A stretch of DNA of 64,000 nt, taken from NCBI GenBank assembly GCA_036475815.1, contig JAZGAL010000132.1, positions 15,794-79,793 on the forward strand. Reading direction: 5' to 3'. This document shows positions 18,806-28,072 of the stretch, piece after piece. This stretch comes from Gemmatimonadota bacterium (GTDB lineage: Bacteria; Gemmatimonadota; Gemmatimonadetes; Palauibacterales; KS3-K002). The notes beneath the pieces were generated by a model that was not told the origin of the DNA, ran no database searches, and was given only the letters and a program-made list of their open reading frames with translations. Each line of letters starts with the position of its first letter. Positions within the stretch are counted from its first letter, which is position 1. The translations under genes and the position numbers were made by a program.

Positions 18806-18826
18806 TTCGCTTTTTTTGACCCCCGC

Positions 18827-20212
18827 TCAACCGTGCCGGGCCACTATGGCTCCGGCCTCCTCCACCAGGCTCCTGACCTCGCCCTCCTCTTCCCTTAGCC
18901 CCTCCCCGATCACTCGCAAGATCGGTTCCGTCCCCGACGCTCGGCAGTGCAGCCACATCTGCCGGTCGCGCCAGCGGAGATGGACTCCGTCCTGACGATC
19001 TATCTCCGCTCCAGGGAAGGAGTTAGCCAGCTCGTCCAGTAGCTGATCGACGCGAACGTCGCCTCGGCTGAAACGGTTTTTTATGATACAAAACTGTGGG
19101 TACTCCGCTACAATCTCACTAATTGTACACCCGGTTTCAGCCAAAAGTTGTAGCACCAGAGCCACTGCCAGCGGCGCGTCCCGGGTATAGTGGAGCACCG
19201 GCAGGATCACGCCGCCGTTCCCCTCTCCGCCGACCACCGCCCCAGCGGCTCGCATCGCGGCCACGACGTTCGCTTCGCCGACCGGCGACTGGTAGTACTC
19301 CGCGCCCGCGCGATCGCACACCGCTTCGACGATCTGACTGGTGGAGAGGTTCGCCACCGTAGGACCGGGCTGCTTGGAGAGGACAAGGCGCGCCGCGAGG
19401 GCCAGCGTGTAATCTTCGCCGATGGCATCGCCGTGCTGGTCCACCAGCGCCAGCCTGTCCACGTCCGGATCCACCGCCATGCCGACGTCGGCACCCTCGT
19501 CGCGCACACGCTGGCACAGAGTCCTGAGGTTCTGCGGTATCGGCTCCGGTTCCCGGGTGAAGCGTCCATCGGGCTCCAGCTCGATGCCGACTACCTCGCA
19601 GCCCAATTGCTCCAGCAGAGCCGGTACGATGGTGCCGCCGGCTCCGCGAGCACAGTCGAGGACCACCTTGAAACCGCGACCGGCGATCCGGGCTGGATCG
19701 ATATGGTCGAGCACCAGGATGCGTTCGATATGACGATCGACCGCGCCGGGAACATCCTCCACTCCGCCCAGCTCACCCCGCACATACGCCGGCGGTCTCT
19801 CGGCCCGCAGGCCCGCCACGAACTCGGCACCCTCTTCCGGGGTGAGGAAGGCCCCCGCGGGGCTGGCCAGCTTCAGAGCGTTCCACTCAGCAGGGTTGTG
19901 ACTGGCGGTGACGACGATGCCGCCGCTCAAGCCGCGATCCTGGATCTCCAGCAGGGCCGTCGGAGTCGGCACGAGACCCAAGTCGCTCACGCGGCAGCCC
20001 ACGGCCTGCAACCCCGCGGTCGCCGCTCTCACGAAGGCCGGTCCGCTGGGCCGCGAATCGCGGGCGATGACCAGGTGGTCGCCCCAGCCCTGTTCGCGGA
20101 CGTACGTCCCGAACGCCGCCGCGAAGCCGGCCACGATCTGTGGGTCCAGATCGATGCCGACCCGGCCGCGTATTCCCGAGACGCTGACGATCAGACTTTC
20201 CGGAAAGGCCAT
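18827..20212 (-). CDS. glmM: phosphoglucosamine mutase / phosphohexomutase (alpha-D-phosphohexomutase superfamily)
   Basis: GIRG...active-site loop TASHNPAEWN, sugar-binding and phosphate-binding loops. Lies 21 nt upstream of glmS in the same orientation. Confidence 0.85.
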   Translation of the reverse strand: MAFPESLIVSVSGIRGRVGIDLDPQIVAGFAAAFGTYVREQGWGDHLVIARDSRPSGPAFVRAATAGLQAVGCRVSDLGLVPTPTALLEIQDRGLSGGIVVTASHNPAEWNALKLASPAGAFLTPEEGAEFVAGLRAERPPAYVRGELGGVEDVPGAVDRHIERILVLDHIDPARIAGRGFKVVLDCARGAGGTIVPALLEQLGCEVVGIELEPDGRFTREPEPIPQNLRTLCQRVRDEGADVGMAVDPDVDRLALVDQHGDAIGEDYTLALAARLVLSKQPGPTVANLSTSQIVEAVCDRAGAEYYQSPVGEANVVAAMRAAGAVVGGEGNGGVILPVLHYTRDAPLAVALVLQLLAETGCTISEIVAEYPQFCIIKNRFSRGDVRVDQLLDELANSFPGAEIDRQDGVHLRWRDRQMWLHCRASGTEPILRVIGEGLREEEGEVRSLVEEAGAIVARHG

Positions 20213-20400
20213 AACGGACTCCCTGTAGCCCCTCTCACCCTGGCCTCCGCCCCGCCAGGAGCCACCCGTAATTAAGCCGACACCGCTCTACACTCAAGTT
20301 GCGCCTCGCTGGACGGCGCCGCCCGGGCAAACTAGACTGTCTATCCCTGGGAGCACCCAACCGGAGCAGACCAATCAGCAGGAGAACAGCACGTTCACTC

Positions 20401-21561
20401 ATGACGCCTGACAAAGAGCTTCGCTTCGCCACTCGCGCCATCCGGGCGGGCCAGCAGCCTGACCCGACGACCGGCGCCATCATGACGCCGATCTACCAGA
20501 CGTCCACCTACGCGCAGGAAGGTATCGGCGTCCACAAGGGCTACGAATATGCCCGGGTCTCCAACCCAACGCGGACGGCACTCGAGGCCAACGTCGCGGC
20601 CCTGGAGGGCGCACAGCACGGTGCCGCTTTCGCCTCCGGCATCGCTGCAATCGAGGCGATGGTCAAGCTCCTGTCGGCGGGCGACCACGTCATCTGCGGC
20701 GCCAACGTGTACGGAGGAACGGACCGCTTGTTCCGACAGATTCTCGCTCGCCTTGGAATCGAGTTCTCGTTCGTTGACACCCGCGAGCAAGAGCTGATCG
20801 AGGCGGCCGTCAAGGATACGACGCGCCTGATCCTCGTCGAGACGCCGACCAATCCGCTCATGCATATCACCGACATCGCGGTGGCCGCTGACATCGCTCA
20901 CGGAGCGGGTGCCTGGCTGGTGGTGGACAACACGTTCGCGACGCCGTACTTCCAGCGCCCGCTGGAGCTGGGGGCTGACGCCGTCATCCACTCCAGCACC
21001 AAGTATCTGAACGGTCACAGCGACGTCGTGGGCGGGCTGGTACTGACATCGAAGGACGAGATCAACGAGGGGCTACGCTTCATGCAGAAGGCGGCCGGCG
21101 CGATCCCCGGCCCCATGGACTGCTGGCTCGTGCTTCGCGGGACCAAGACGTTGCACGTACGGATGGAGGCACACGATCGCAACGGGCGCCGCATCGCCGA
21201 ATGGGTGGAACAGGAGCCGCGAGTGAACGATGTGTTCTACGTCGGCCTGCCGTCCCATCCGCAGCACGAACTGGCAAAGAAGCAGATGACCGGCTTCGGC
21301 GGGATGATCTCGCTGGAGCTGGGTGATCGAGCGCGCGCCGAGGCGTTTTGCCGCGCGACGCGAGTATTCACTCTGGCGGAGAGCCTGGGTGGTGTGGAGA
21401 GCCTGGTCAGTCATCCCGCGGCCATGACTCACGCGGCGGTGCCCAAGGAGCAGCGTGAGCGCATGGGCATCACCGAAGGCCTGGTTCGCCTCTCGGTAGG
21501 CATCGAGGATGTGGAAGACCTGATTGAGGATCTGGACCAGGCGCTGCCGGGGGGAGGGTGA
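20401..21561 (+). CDS. metB: cystathionine gamma-synthase / gamma-lyase family PLP enzyme (Cys/Met metabolism)
   Basis: AIRAGQQPDPTTGAIMTPIYQTSTY...SSTKYLNGHSDVV with the PLP-lysine context. Start at ATG 20401 with AGGAGA Shine-Dalgarno upstream. The 5' ORF extension is Arg-rich junk. Confidence 0.9.
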   Translation: MTPDKELRFATRAIRAGQQPDPTTGAIMTPIYQTSTYAQEGIGVHKGYEYARVSNPTRTALEANVAALEGAQHGAAFASGIAAIEAMVKLLSAGDHVICGANVYGGTDRLFRQILARLGIEFSFVDTREQELIEAAVKDTTRLILVETPTNPLMHITDIAVAADIAHGAGAWLVVDNTFATPYFQRPLELGADAVIHSSTKYLNGHSDVVGGLVLTSKDEINEGLRFMQKAAGAIPGPMDCWLVLRGTKTLHVRMEAHDRNGRRIAEWVEQEPRVNDVFYVGLPSHPQHELAKKQMTGFGGMISLELGDRARAEAFCRATRVFTLAESLGGVESLVSHPAAMTHAAVPKEQRERMGITEGLVRLSVGIEDVEDLIEDLDQALPGGG

Positions 21562-21564
21562 TCG

Positions 21565-22854
21565 ATGAGAATCCTCGTGGTAGGATCAGGAGGGCGTGAG
21601 CACGCGCTGATCTGGCAGTTGAAGCGCGAGCGGCCCGAGGCGCAGATTTACGCCGCCCCCGGCAACGGCGGAACGAAGGCGCTGGCGGAGTCAGTCCCGT
21701 TGAAGCCCGAGGAGATCGACGCGCTGGCCGACTTTGCCGACTCGCGGGAAATCGACTTGACCATCGTCGGCCCCGAAGCGCCCCTGGTCGCGGGCATCGT
21801 CGATACTTTCCATGGGCGGGATCTGGCGATCTTCGGCCCGTCGACAGACGCGGCCGAGATCGAAGGCTCCAAGGCCTACGCGAAGGCGCTGATGGCGAAA
21901 GCCGGCGTTCCCAGCGCCGCCTATAAGACCGTGGACAGTTACGAGGATGCCGAGCGCTTCATCAAGAAGCACGGCGCGCCGGTCGTCGTGAAGGCCTCGG
22001 GCCTGGCGGCCGGGAAGGGGTCAGTGGTCTGCCGGACCGCAGACGATGCGCGGGCCGCCGCCCGCTCGATGCTCGTCGAGGAGAGCTTCGGCGACGCCGG
22101 ATCGACCGTGGTGATCGAGGATTTCTTGGTGGGCGAAGAGCTGTCGGTTTTCTATATCACCGACGGCGCCAACGCCCTGCCCCTCATCCCCTCTCAGGAC
22201 CACAAACCGATCGGTGAAGGCGACACGGGTCCCAATTCCGGTGGTATGGGCGCCTACGCTCCTGTATCCATCGCCGACGAGGCTCTGATCGGTCGCGTGA
22301 CCGATGAGATAATCATGCCGACACTGGCCGAGATGAGCGCGCAGGGTCGCGAGTTCCGCGGCGTCCTCTACTGTGGCCTCATGATCGTCGAGGGCGATCC
22401 CTACGTGATCGAGTTCAACTGCCGGTTCGGCGACCCGGAAACGCAGGCCATCCTGCCGCTGCTCGACAGCTCGTTGCTGGAACTGTTCGAGCGTATAGCG
22501 CGCGGCGAGCGGCTGGAAGGCGTGAGCCTCGAGTGGAAAGCCCGGGCCGCAGTCTGCACGGTGCTCGCCTCCGAGGGATATCCCGGCTCCTACGACAAGG
22601 GGAAGGAGATCGACATCCCCGAGTCGCTCCAGCAGGACCCCGAGCTCATCGTCCTTCACGCGGGGACGCGCCGGGTCCCCGAGGGGAAGCTGGTGACCAG
22701 CGGGGGACGCGTCCTCGGGGTAGTCGGTCTCGGCGATACCGTTGGCTCCGCGGCGCAGAAATCGAGGCAAGCCGCTGAAGCAATCCAGTTCGATGGGAAG
22801 TACTACCGCCGGGACATCGGCTATCGGGAAATAGAACGGGAACGCTCACGATAG
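21565..22854 (+). CDS. purD: phosphoribosylamine--glycine ligase
   Basis: MRILVVGSGGREHAL... ATP-grasp signatures. 429 aa. Lies 3 nt after the metB-like stop. Confidence 0.95.
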   Translation: MRILVVGSGGREHALIWQLKRERPEAQIYAAPGNGGTKALAESVPLKPEEIDALADFADSREIDLTIVGPEAPLVAGIVDTFHGRDLAIFGPSTDAAEIEGSKAYAKALMAKAGVPSAAYKTVDSYEDAERFIKKHGAPVVVKASGLAAGKGSVVCRTADDARAAARSMLVEESFGDAGSTVVIEDFLVGEELSVFYITDGANALPLIPSQDHKPIGEGDTGPNSGGMGAYAPVSIADEALIGRVTDEIIMPTLAEMSAQGREFRGVLYCGLMIVEGDPYVIEFNCRFGDPETQAILPLLDSSLLELFERIARGERLEGVSLEWKARAAVCTVLASEGYPGSYDKGKEIDIPESLQQDPELIVLHAGTRRVPEGKLVTSGGRVLGVVGLGDTVGSAAQKSRQAAEAIQFDGKYYRRDIGYREIERERSR

Positions 22855-22857
22855 CGC

Positions 22858-23688
22858 ATGCCCGAACTCCCCGAAGCAGAGATCATCGCGCGCGGGCTGC
22901 ACGCCACGATCGCAGGGGGTCGAATCCAGCGTGTGCGCGTCCATCGCGCTGAGGTGGTCGAGCCGATCTCGCCCGCTGCATTCCGACGCGCGCTGACCGA
23001 CCGGCGCATATTGAGCGTTGGCCGTCGAGCGAAATGGATCATTGCCAGGCTGGACGGCGGGCTGATCTGGGTGACCCAACTTCGCATGACCGGACGCTTC
23101 CACTGGGATCGTTCATCCAGACTCCGGGCGGAGCCTCACCTGTCCGTGAGCATCCTGCTGGAAGGGTCTCGGGGCCCTGGAGTGCTCCGCTTCTACGATG
23201 TTCGCCGCTTCGGCCGCATGCGGGTCCTAGCGGCCGGCGAGTGGGCGCAGCTCGACGAGCGTTTGGGTATCGAACCGCTGTCCGACGGCTTTACGCCGGC
23301 GGCGCTGGCGCAGCTGCTCGCGCGCTCGAGGGCACCTCTCAGAAACGTGCTGCTCGACCAGGCGCGGATCGCGGGGATCGGGAACATTTACGCCAGCGAA
23401 GCGTGTCACCTGGCGCGGGTCGATCCGTGCCGGCCCGCTGCCGGCCTGGGGAAAGGCGAGGTTCGGCGGCTGCACACGGCCATCCGCAAGGTGCTTCGGA
23501 GCGCGGTGGGCCGGCGCGGAACATCCTTCAGTGACTACCGGGACTTGCTGGGCGATCCCGGTACGTTCCAGGACCTGCTCGAGGTGTACGGTCGCGAGGG
23601 CGAATCCTGCCGGCGCTGCGGCGGCGAAATCACGAGGATCGTGCTCGCCGGCCGCTCGGCTTTCCTCTGTCCCGGCTGCCAGCAGTAG
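22858..23688 (+). CDS. mutM: formamidopyrimidine-DNA glycosylase
   Basis: N-terminal PELPEAE catalytic Pro/Glu, H2TH region, C-terminal zinc finger CRRCGGEI...CPGCQ. Confidence 0.93.
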   Translation: MPELPEAEIIARGLHATIAGGRIQRVRVHRAEVVEPISPAAFRRALTDRRILSVGRRAKWIIARLDGGLIWVTQLRMTGRFHWDRSSRLRAEPHLSVSILLEGSRGPGVLRFYDVRRFGRMRVLAAGEWAQLDERLGIEPLSDGFTPAALAQLLARSRAPLRNVLLDQARIAGIGNIYASEACHLARVDPCRPAAGLGKGEVRRLHTAIRKVLRSAVGRRGTSFSDYRDLLGDPGTFQDLLEVYGREGESCRRCGGEITRIVLAGRSAFLCPGCQQ

Positions 23689-23750
23689 GAGGACCGGGTG
23701 TCGTGGAGCCGCAACTTTGCGAGCGCCACGTTCAGCATTAGCTTGAATAC

Positions 23751-25973
23751 ATGAGTGATCGGGGGTTGGCCCCTCTACGGATACCGCCGGGGCTTCTCGC
23801 CCTTGGCGCAGTGCTGTTCGTACTTCTCGTGCCAGTCGCGAGTACCCCGGCCGCTGCCCAGGAGCCCGCGCTCTACGACTCCGCACGAGCCGAGCTCGCC
23901 GCCGGTGACACGGCAGCGGCACTCGCGCTTCTGCGCCGGTTGACCGAAGAGGAGCCCAGGTACGCGCCGGGCTGGGGCCTGCTCGGGATTGTACTGACCG
24001 ACATAGCCGGCGGTGTGGAGACCGATTTCCGGGAGCGCCTCGAGGCTGACCGGGCGCTCCACCGGGCCTGGAGGCTCGATCCCAAGAATCCCGCCTACTT
24101 CTTGGCGCTCGGCCAGTTGATGCGAAAGCAGCAGATGTACTCCGATGCCCGGCGCGTGCTCAACCGGGCCAAGAAGTACATGAATGAGCGGCCCGAGGAG
24201 GAGGTCGCACCGGCGGACCGGGCGTATCTCTGGTTCGAGCTAGGGCTGTACGCCGAGGACATCTACCTGGACACACGCAATCTAGTGTTCGTCCCCACCC
24301 TCCCGGTGATGACGCCGGAGTGCGGCGCCCTGGGCGCGTTCTGCCTGAACTTCACTCGGCCGCGCGCTTTCAACGAGTACTTCCGCAACGCCGCCAGTCT
24401 CTCGGAGGAAGGGGAAGACGACTACGCGGAAATGGTCGATGCGTTCAGGCGCTCGTTGGCCGCCGATCCAACTCATGCCGGGGCCTTCAGGCGGCTGGTG
24501 ATCCACCTCGTCGAAAGAGGTGCCCTGGAGGAAGCTCGCGAGCTGGCGGAACAGTTCGAGCGCGATGTGCCCGGCAACCCATGGGGGTACTTGACGCTGG
24601 GCCTCGTCTATCAGCGAATGGGCCTCGACTCGCTGGCGGAGCAGCAATTCGACAGGGGCATCGAGCTTGCGGGCGCCGACATCGCGGACCACTACCGCGA
24701 CATATCGTATGTGCTGCGCGAGAACGTGGCCGAGCAGTACGACGAGGCGAGCTCCGAGACCCGACGCTGGGTCGAGGAGTTGATCTGGCGCAAGTCAGAC
24801 CCCCTCTACCTCAGCCCGGCCAACGAAGTGAGGGCGGCCCATCTGGCCCGGGTGAGCTTCGCGGACCTCTGGTTCGAGGATCCTTCGGAGGGTCGCTGGG
24901 GGGCGGACAGCGAACGAGGACAGATCTACGTCCGTTACGGACCTCCCGAGCGCATCTGGCAGATACGGCGCGACGCCTCCAAGGGCATGAGCTCGGCGGC
25001 GTTCGAGACGAGCAGCTCCTCCGTACAGGGCGGCGGACGCTGGATCTTCTGGAATTACGGCTGGAACATGCCGAACTTCATCTTCGAGAAGCAGCTCCGC
25101 TATCGCCACGCCAGCCACATGATCGCCTCGTTCTCCAAGTCGATGGAGGAGGATGCGCGCAAGGTCGAGCCGGCCGTCTACACCGCCAGCTTCGAGTTGA
25201 TCGACTACCCCGTCCAGATCGCTCGTTTCCGGGGTACGGTCGACACGATCATCGAGGTGGACCTCTACTCTGAGGTGCCCGCCGGCGAGTTGATCGACCG
25301 TCCCGACACCCTCGAGCTCGGCCTCTTCCTGTTTGCCGGCGCCGAGTACGTGGAGGTTTTTCGCCGCGTTCTGCGCGCACCCGTGGAGCCGGAACCCGTG
25401 CCGCTCACCTACTCCCTCCCCTTGATGCCTGGGGAATACACCTACAGCCTGGAGGCGCGCGCCTCCGAATACAAAGCGGCGGTCAAGCGTGACAGCATCG
25501 AAGCCCGGCCGTTCCGGGATGGGGTGCTGGCCCTCAGCGACCTCGTGCTGGCCGACGCGGTGACGCCGAAGGTTGCTGATCCCAAGGATCGCCGTGAATT
25601 CGCGATCAAGGTGAATCGACAACTCGTCTTCGACCGCGACCTGCCGGTGGCCGTCTACTGGGAGGTCTATGGCCTGGCCGTGGACGAGGAAGGGTTTGCC
25701 AACTTCCAGGTCGAGCTCAGCGTCACCGATGCGGAAGGGAAAGGGGTCCTGGCTAGAGTTGCATCGGCCTTCGGCTTTGGCGACGACGAGGATATCGAGC
25801 TGTCCTACGAGCGCGTCGTCCGGTTCAACGGCCAGCGGGTGCCCGAGTACATGAGCCTCGAGCTCCTAGACAGCGAACCGGGCGACTACCTGCTTAAGAT
25901 CGAGGTGAGAGATCTCATCAGCGGCCAGAGAATCGGCGCCGGCCGCATTTTCCAGCTCGTATTGGTCGATTAG
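23751..25973 (+). CDS. large secreted TPR-repeat protein with a C-terminal beta-rich domain (possibly GWxQ-like; uncertain)
   Basis: Signal peptide, then TPR-like helical repeats in the first roughly 330 aa, then a roughly 400-aa Trp/Tyr-rich domain (RWIFWNYGWNMPNF...). 740 aa. Overlapping ORFs on both strands are low-complexity. Confidence 0.6.
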   Translation: MSDRGLAPLRIPPGLLALGAVLFVLLVPVASTPAAAQEPALYDSARAELAAGDTAAALALLRRLTEEEPRYAPGWGLLGIVLTDIAGGVETDFRERLEADRALHRAWRLDPKNPAYFLALGQLMRKQQMYSDARRVLNRAKKYMNERPEEEVAPADRAYLWFELGLYAEDIYLDTRNLVFVPTLPVMTPECGALGAFCLNFTRPRAFNEYFRNAASLSEEGEDDYAEMVDAFRRSLAADPTHAGAFRRLVIHLVERGALEEARELAEQFERDVPGNPWGYLTLGLVYQRMGLDSLAEQQFDRGIELAGADIADHYRDISYVLRENVAEQYDEASSETRRWVEELIWRKSDPLYLSPANEVRAAHLARVSFADLWFEDPSEGRWGADSERGQIYVRYGPPERIWQIRRDASKGMSSAAFETSSSSVQGGGRWIFWNYGWNMPNFIFEKQLRYRHASHMIASFSKSMEEDARKVEPAVYTASFELIDYPVQIARFRGTVDTIIEVDLYSEVPAGELIDRPDTLELGLFLFAGAEYVEVFRRVLRAPVEPEPVPLTYSLPLMPGEYTYSLEARASEYKAAVKRDSIEARPFRDGVLALSDLVLADAVTPKVADPKDRREFAIKVNRQLVFDRDLPVAVYWEVYGLAVDEEGFANFQVELSVTDAEGKGVLARVASAFGFGDDEDIELSYERVVRFNGQRVPEYMSLELLDSEPGDYLLKIEVRDLISGQRIGAGRIFQLVLVD

Positions 25974-26462
25974 TCAGCGCGAGAGGTCCAACAGCCGGGC
26001 GGCCGGCGCGCGCTGCCGCTCCAAGCTCAGCAACGCCACCGAAACAGCCTTCCCGAAGCGCTGGTGGCCGGCGCTCCCCGGGTTCACCAACAGCGTCCCA
26101 TCGACCTTCTCGACAAGCGGCTGATGGGTATGCCCGTACACGATCACCGAGAAACCCCGGTAGGCTTCAAGGAGATCCTGCACACGCGGGGATCCCCACT
26201 GATGCCCGTGGATCACGGCGATCTTGTGGCCCAATCGCTCCAGCTCCAGCGACTCTGACGCTTGCTCCCGAACTTCCCAGCCGTCGACGTTGCCGTAGAC
26301 CGCGCGCACCGGCGCGATCACGCCGAGCTCGGTCAGGATGGCGGGGTCGCCCACGTCGCCGGCATGCACGATTTCGTCTGCGCTCTCGAACGCCGAATAC
26401 ACCTCGTTGCGCAGCAGCCCGTGAGTGTCCGAGATCAGCCCGATCTGCAGCGTCTCGCTCAC
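25974..26462 (-). CDS. YfcE-like metallophosphoesterase (calcineurin-like)
   Basis: GLISDTHG...HAGD...GNVD...GHTH motifs. Start set at the GTG that overlaps the ubiX stop as GTGA. Upstream ORF sequence is junk inside ubiX. Confidence 0.8.
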   Translation of the reverse strand: MSETLQIGLISDTHGLLRNEVYSAFESADEIVHAGDVGDPAILTELGVIAPVRAVYGNVDGWEVREQASESLELERLGHKIAVIHGHQWGSPRVQDLLEAYRGFSVIVYGHTHQPLVEKVDGTLLVNPGSAGHQRFGKAVSVALLSLERQRAPAARLLDLSR

Positions 26463-27043
26463 TGCCCGCTCCAGCGATGGCCGATGTCGTGCGGGACCCC
26501 CACGTGATCCAGCACGCGGGCTACGATGAACTCGACCAGATCGTCGATGCCCTGCGGCCGGCCATAGAACCCGGGCGCGGCGGGCATCACTACGGCTCCC
26601 GCCTGGGAAACCTCGAGCATGTTGCGCAGGTGTATCTGAGAAAGCGGCGTCTCTCTGGGCACCAGCACGAGACGCCGGCGTTCCTTCAACGTTACATCGG
26701 CGGCTCTCTCGATCAGCGATCGCGAACTCCCATGCGCGATGGCGGACAGCGTACCCATCGAGCAGGGACAGACCACCATCCCGCGGGTCACCGCCGATCC
26801 GGACGCCGGTACCGCGCCGCGATCGGAGTTGCTGAAGAAACGAATCCGGCTCCAATCGCCAGGGATCCGCTCCCGCAACCCCTCTTCGTTCTCGATCCCC
26901 GCTTCGATCCGCAGCAGTCGCCACCCGTGGCTCGATACGACGAGATAGGTGGGCACCTCGAGGTCGATCAGCGCGCGGATCAGGCGCACCGCGTAGGGCG
27001 CGCCCGACGCGCCCGTCACGCCGAGGACGAGCGGGTCGCTCAC
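26459..27043 (-). CDS. ubiX: flavin prenyltransferase UbiX/Pad1 family
   Basis: LVLGVTGASGA N-terminus and flavoprotein fold motifs. 194 aa. Confidence 0.9.
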   Translation of the reverse strand: MSDPLVLGVTGASGAPYAVRLIRALIDLEVPTYLVVSSHGWRLLRIEAGIENEEGLRERIPGDWSRIRFFSNSDRGAVPASGSAVTRGMVVCPCSMGTLSAIAHGSSRSLIERAADVTLKERRRLVLVPRETPLSQIHLRNMLEVSQAGAVVMPAAPGFYGRPQGIDDLVEFIVARVLDHVGVPHDIGHRWSGQ

Positions 27044-27933
27044 GAGATGACCCTATCGAGGAGGACGAAGCCGCAGAAGATCGCCGAAACGAGAGCGTTG
27101 ACGTTGAAGAACGCCACGTTCAGACGGGAGAGATCGTCCGGGCTCACAAGGGAATGCTCGTAGATGAGAAGCGCGGCTATCACCCCTACGCCGGCGAAGT
27201 AGAGGGGTCCCGCGCCTGGCATCGCGAGTCCGGCTGCCAGCAAGCACAGAACGGCAAGCGCCTGGTAGACACGCGCCGCCCGGACCGCTGCCCGCGTCCC
27301 GTAGCGGGCGGGAATCGAGTAGAGGCCCTCCGCCCGATCGTGCTCCACGTCCTGCAAGGCGTAGAGAACGTCGAAACCACCCACCCAGAACGCGACTCCC
27401 AGAGCCAGGAGCGGCAGCAAGTACCACGGATCGCTCCAGCGCCCTGAGATCGCCAGATAGGCCGCGACCGGCGCGATCCCATCGGCCATGCCCAGCGCCA
27501 GGTGCGTCCAGCTAGTGTACCGCTTCAGGTAGCTGTAGGTCAGCAGCCAGATCAGCGCCACTGGAGCGAGCGCCAGCGTCAGCGTGTTCAGCATCCCCGC
27601 AGCGATGAAGAAGACGCCGCTGGCGATCACGATCGAGGCTTTCGCCTCTCTGGCCGACAGCCGCCCGGCCGGAATCTCACGGCCGGCCGTGCGGGGGTTG
27701 CGGGCATCGAAATCGCGGTCGACCACCCGGTTGTGGGCCATAGCGGCGAACCGCGCCGCGGTGAACGCCACCACGATCCAGAGCAGCTGCGCGATGCTTA
27801 CGGGATAGCGATACGACGCCAGCGCTGCACCTATCAGGGCGAACGGCAGTGCGAAAGCCGTATGCGGCAGCCGGACAAGGTTGCTGTAGAGGGCGACTCG
27901 GTTCGCGCCCTGAAGGGTCTGGGGCTCAGTCAC
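27040..27933 (-). CDS. ubiA: UbiA-family 4-hydroxybenzoate polyprenyltransferase (or futalosine-pathway MqnP-type)
   Basis: Polytopic. Asp-rich prenyl-diphosphate motifs (NRVVDRDFDA, YALQDVEHD). 4-nt overlap with ubiX. Confidence 0.88.
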   Translation of the reverse strand: MTEPQTLQGANRVALYSNLVRLPHTAFALPFALIGAALASYRYPVSIAQLLWIVVAFTAARFAAMAHNRVVDRDFDARNPRTAGREIPAGRLSAREAKASIVIASGVFFIAAGMLNTLTLALAPVALIWLLTYSYLKRYTSWTHLALGMADGIAPVAAYLAISGRWSDPWYLLPLLALGVAFWVGGFDVLYALQDVEHDRAEGLYSIPARYGTRAAVRAARVYQALAVLCLLAAGLAMPGAGPLYFAGVGVIAALLIYEHSLVSPDDLSRLNVAFFNVNALVSAIFCGFVLLDRVIS

Positions 27934-28072
27934 GCTCTCGGGTATCCGTTGGCTCTGATGGGTAGTGACCGTCGCCTAGTCTAAGCGAGGCAGGCCTCGT
28001 TGCCAACCATCGAGAGTGACGATGGCACCGGGAGGAAGGGACGGCTACCGGCTGAGCGAAGCGAGCCCGATA

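Noticed and set aside
18806-18826. glmS ribozyme upstream of glmS
   Set aside because: Only 21 nt separate glmM and glmS, so there is no room for the roughly 150-nt ribozyme.
20213-20400. Possible SAM riboswitch / leader upstream of the metB-like gene
   Set aside because: No SAM-I/SAM-II core motifs could be recognised by eye in the 188-nt divergent intergenic region. A covariance-model scan would be needed.
27934-28072. Short palindromes (cgaggc-ag-gcctcg) between ubiA and the MCP gene as a terminator
   Set aside because: A 2-nt loop is sterically implausible and there is no U-tract.
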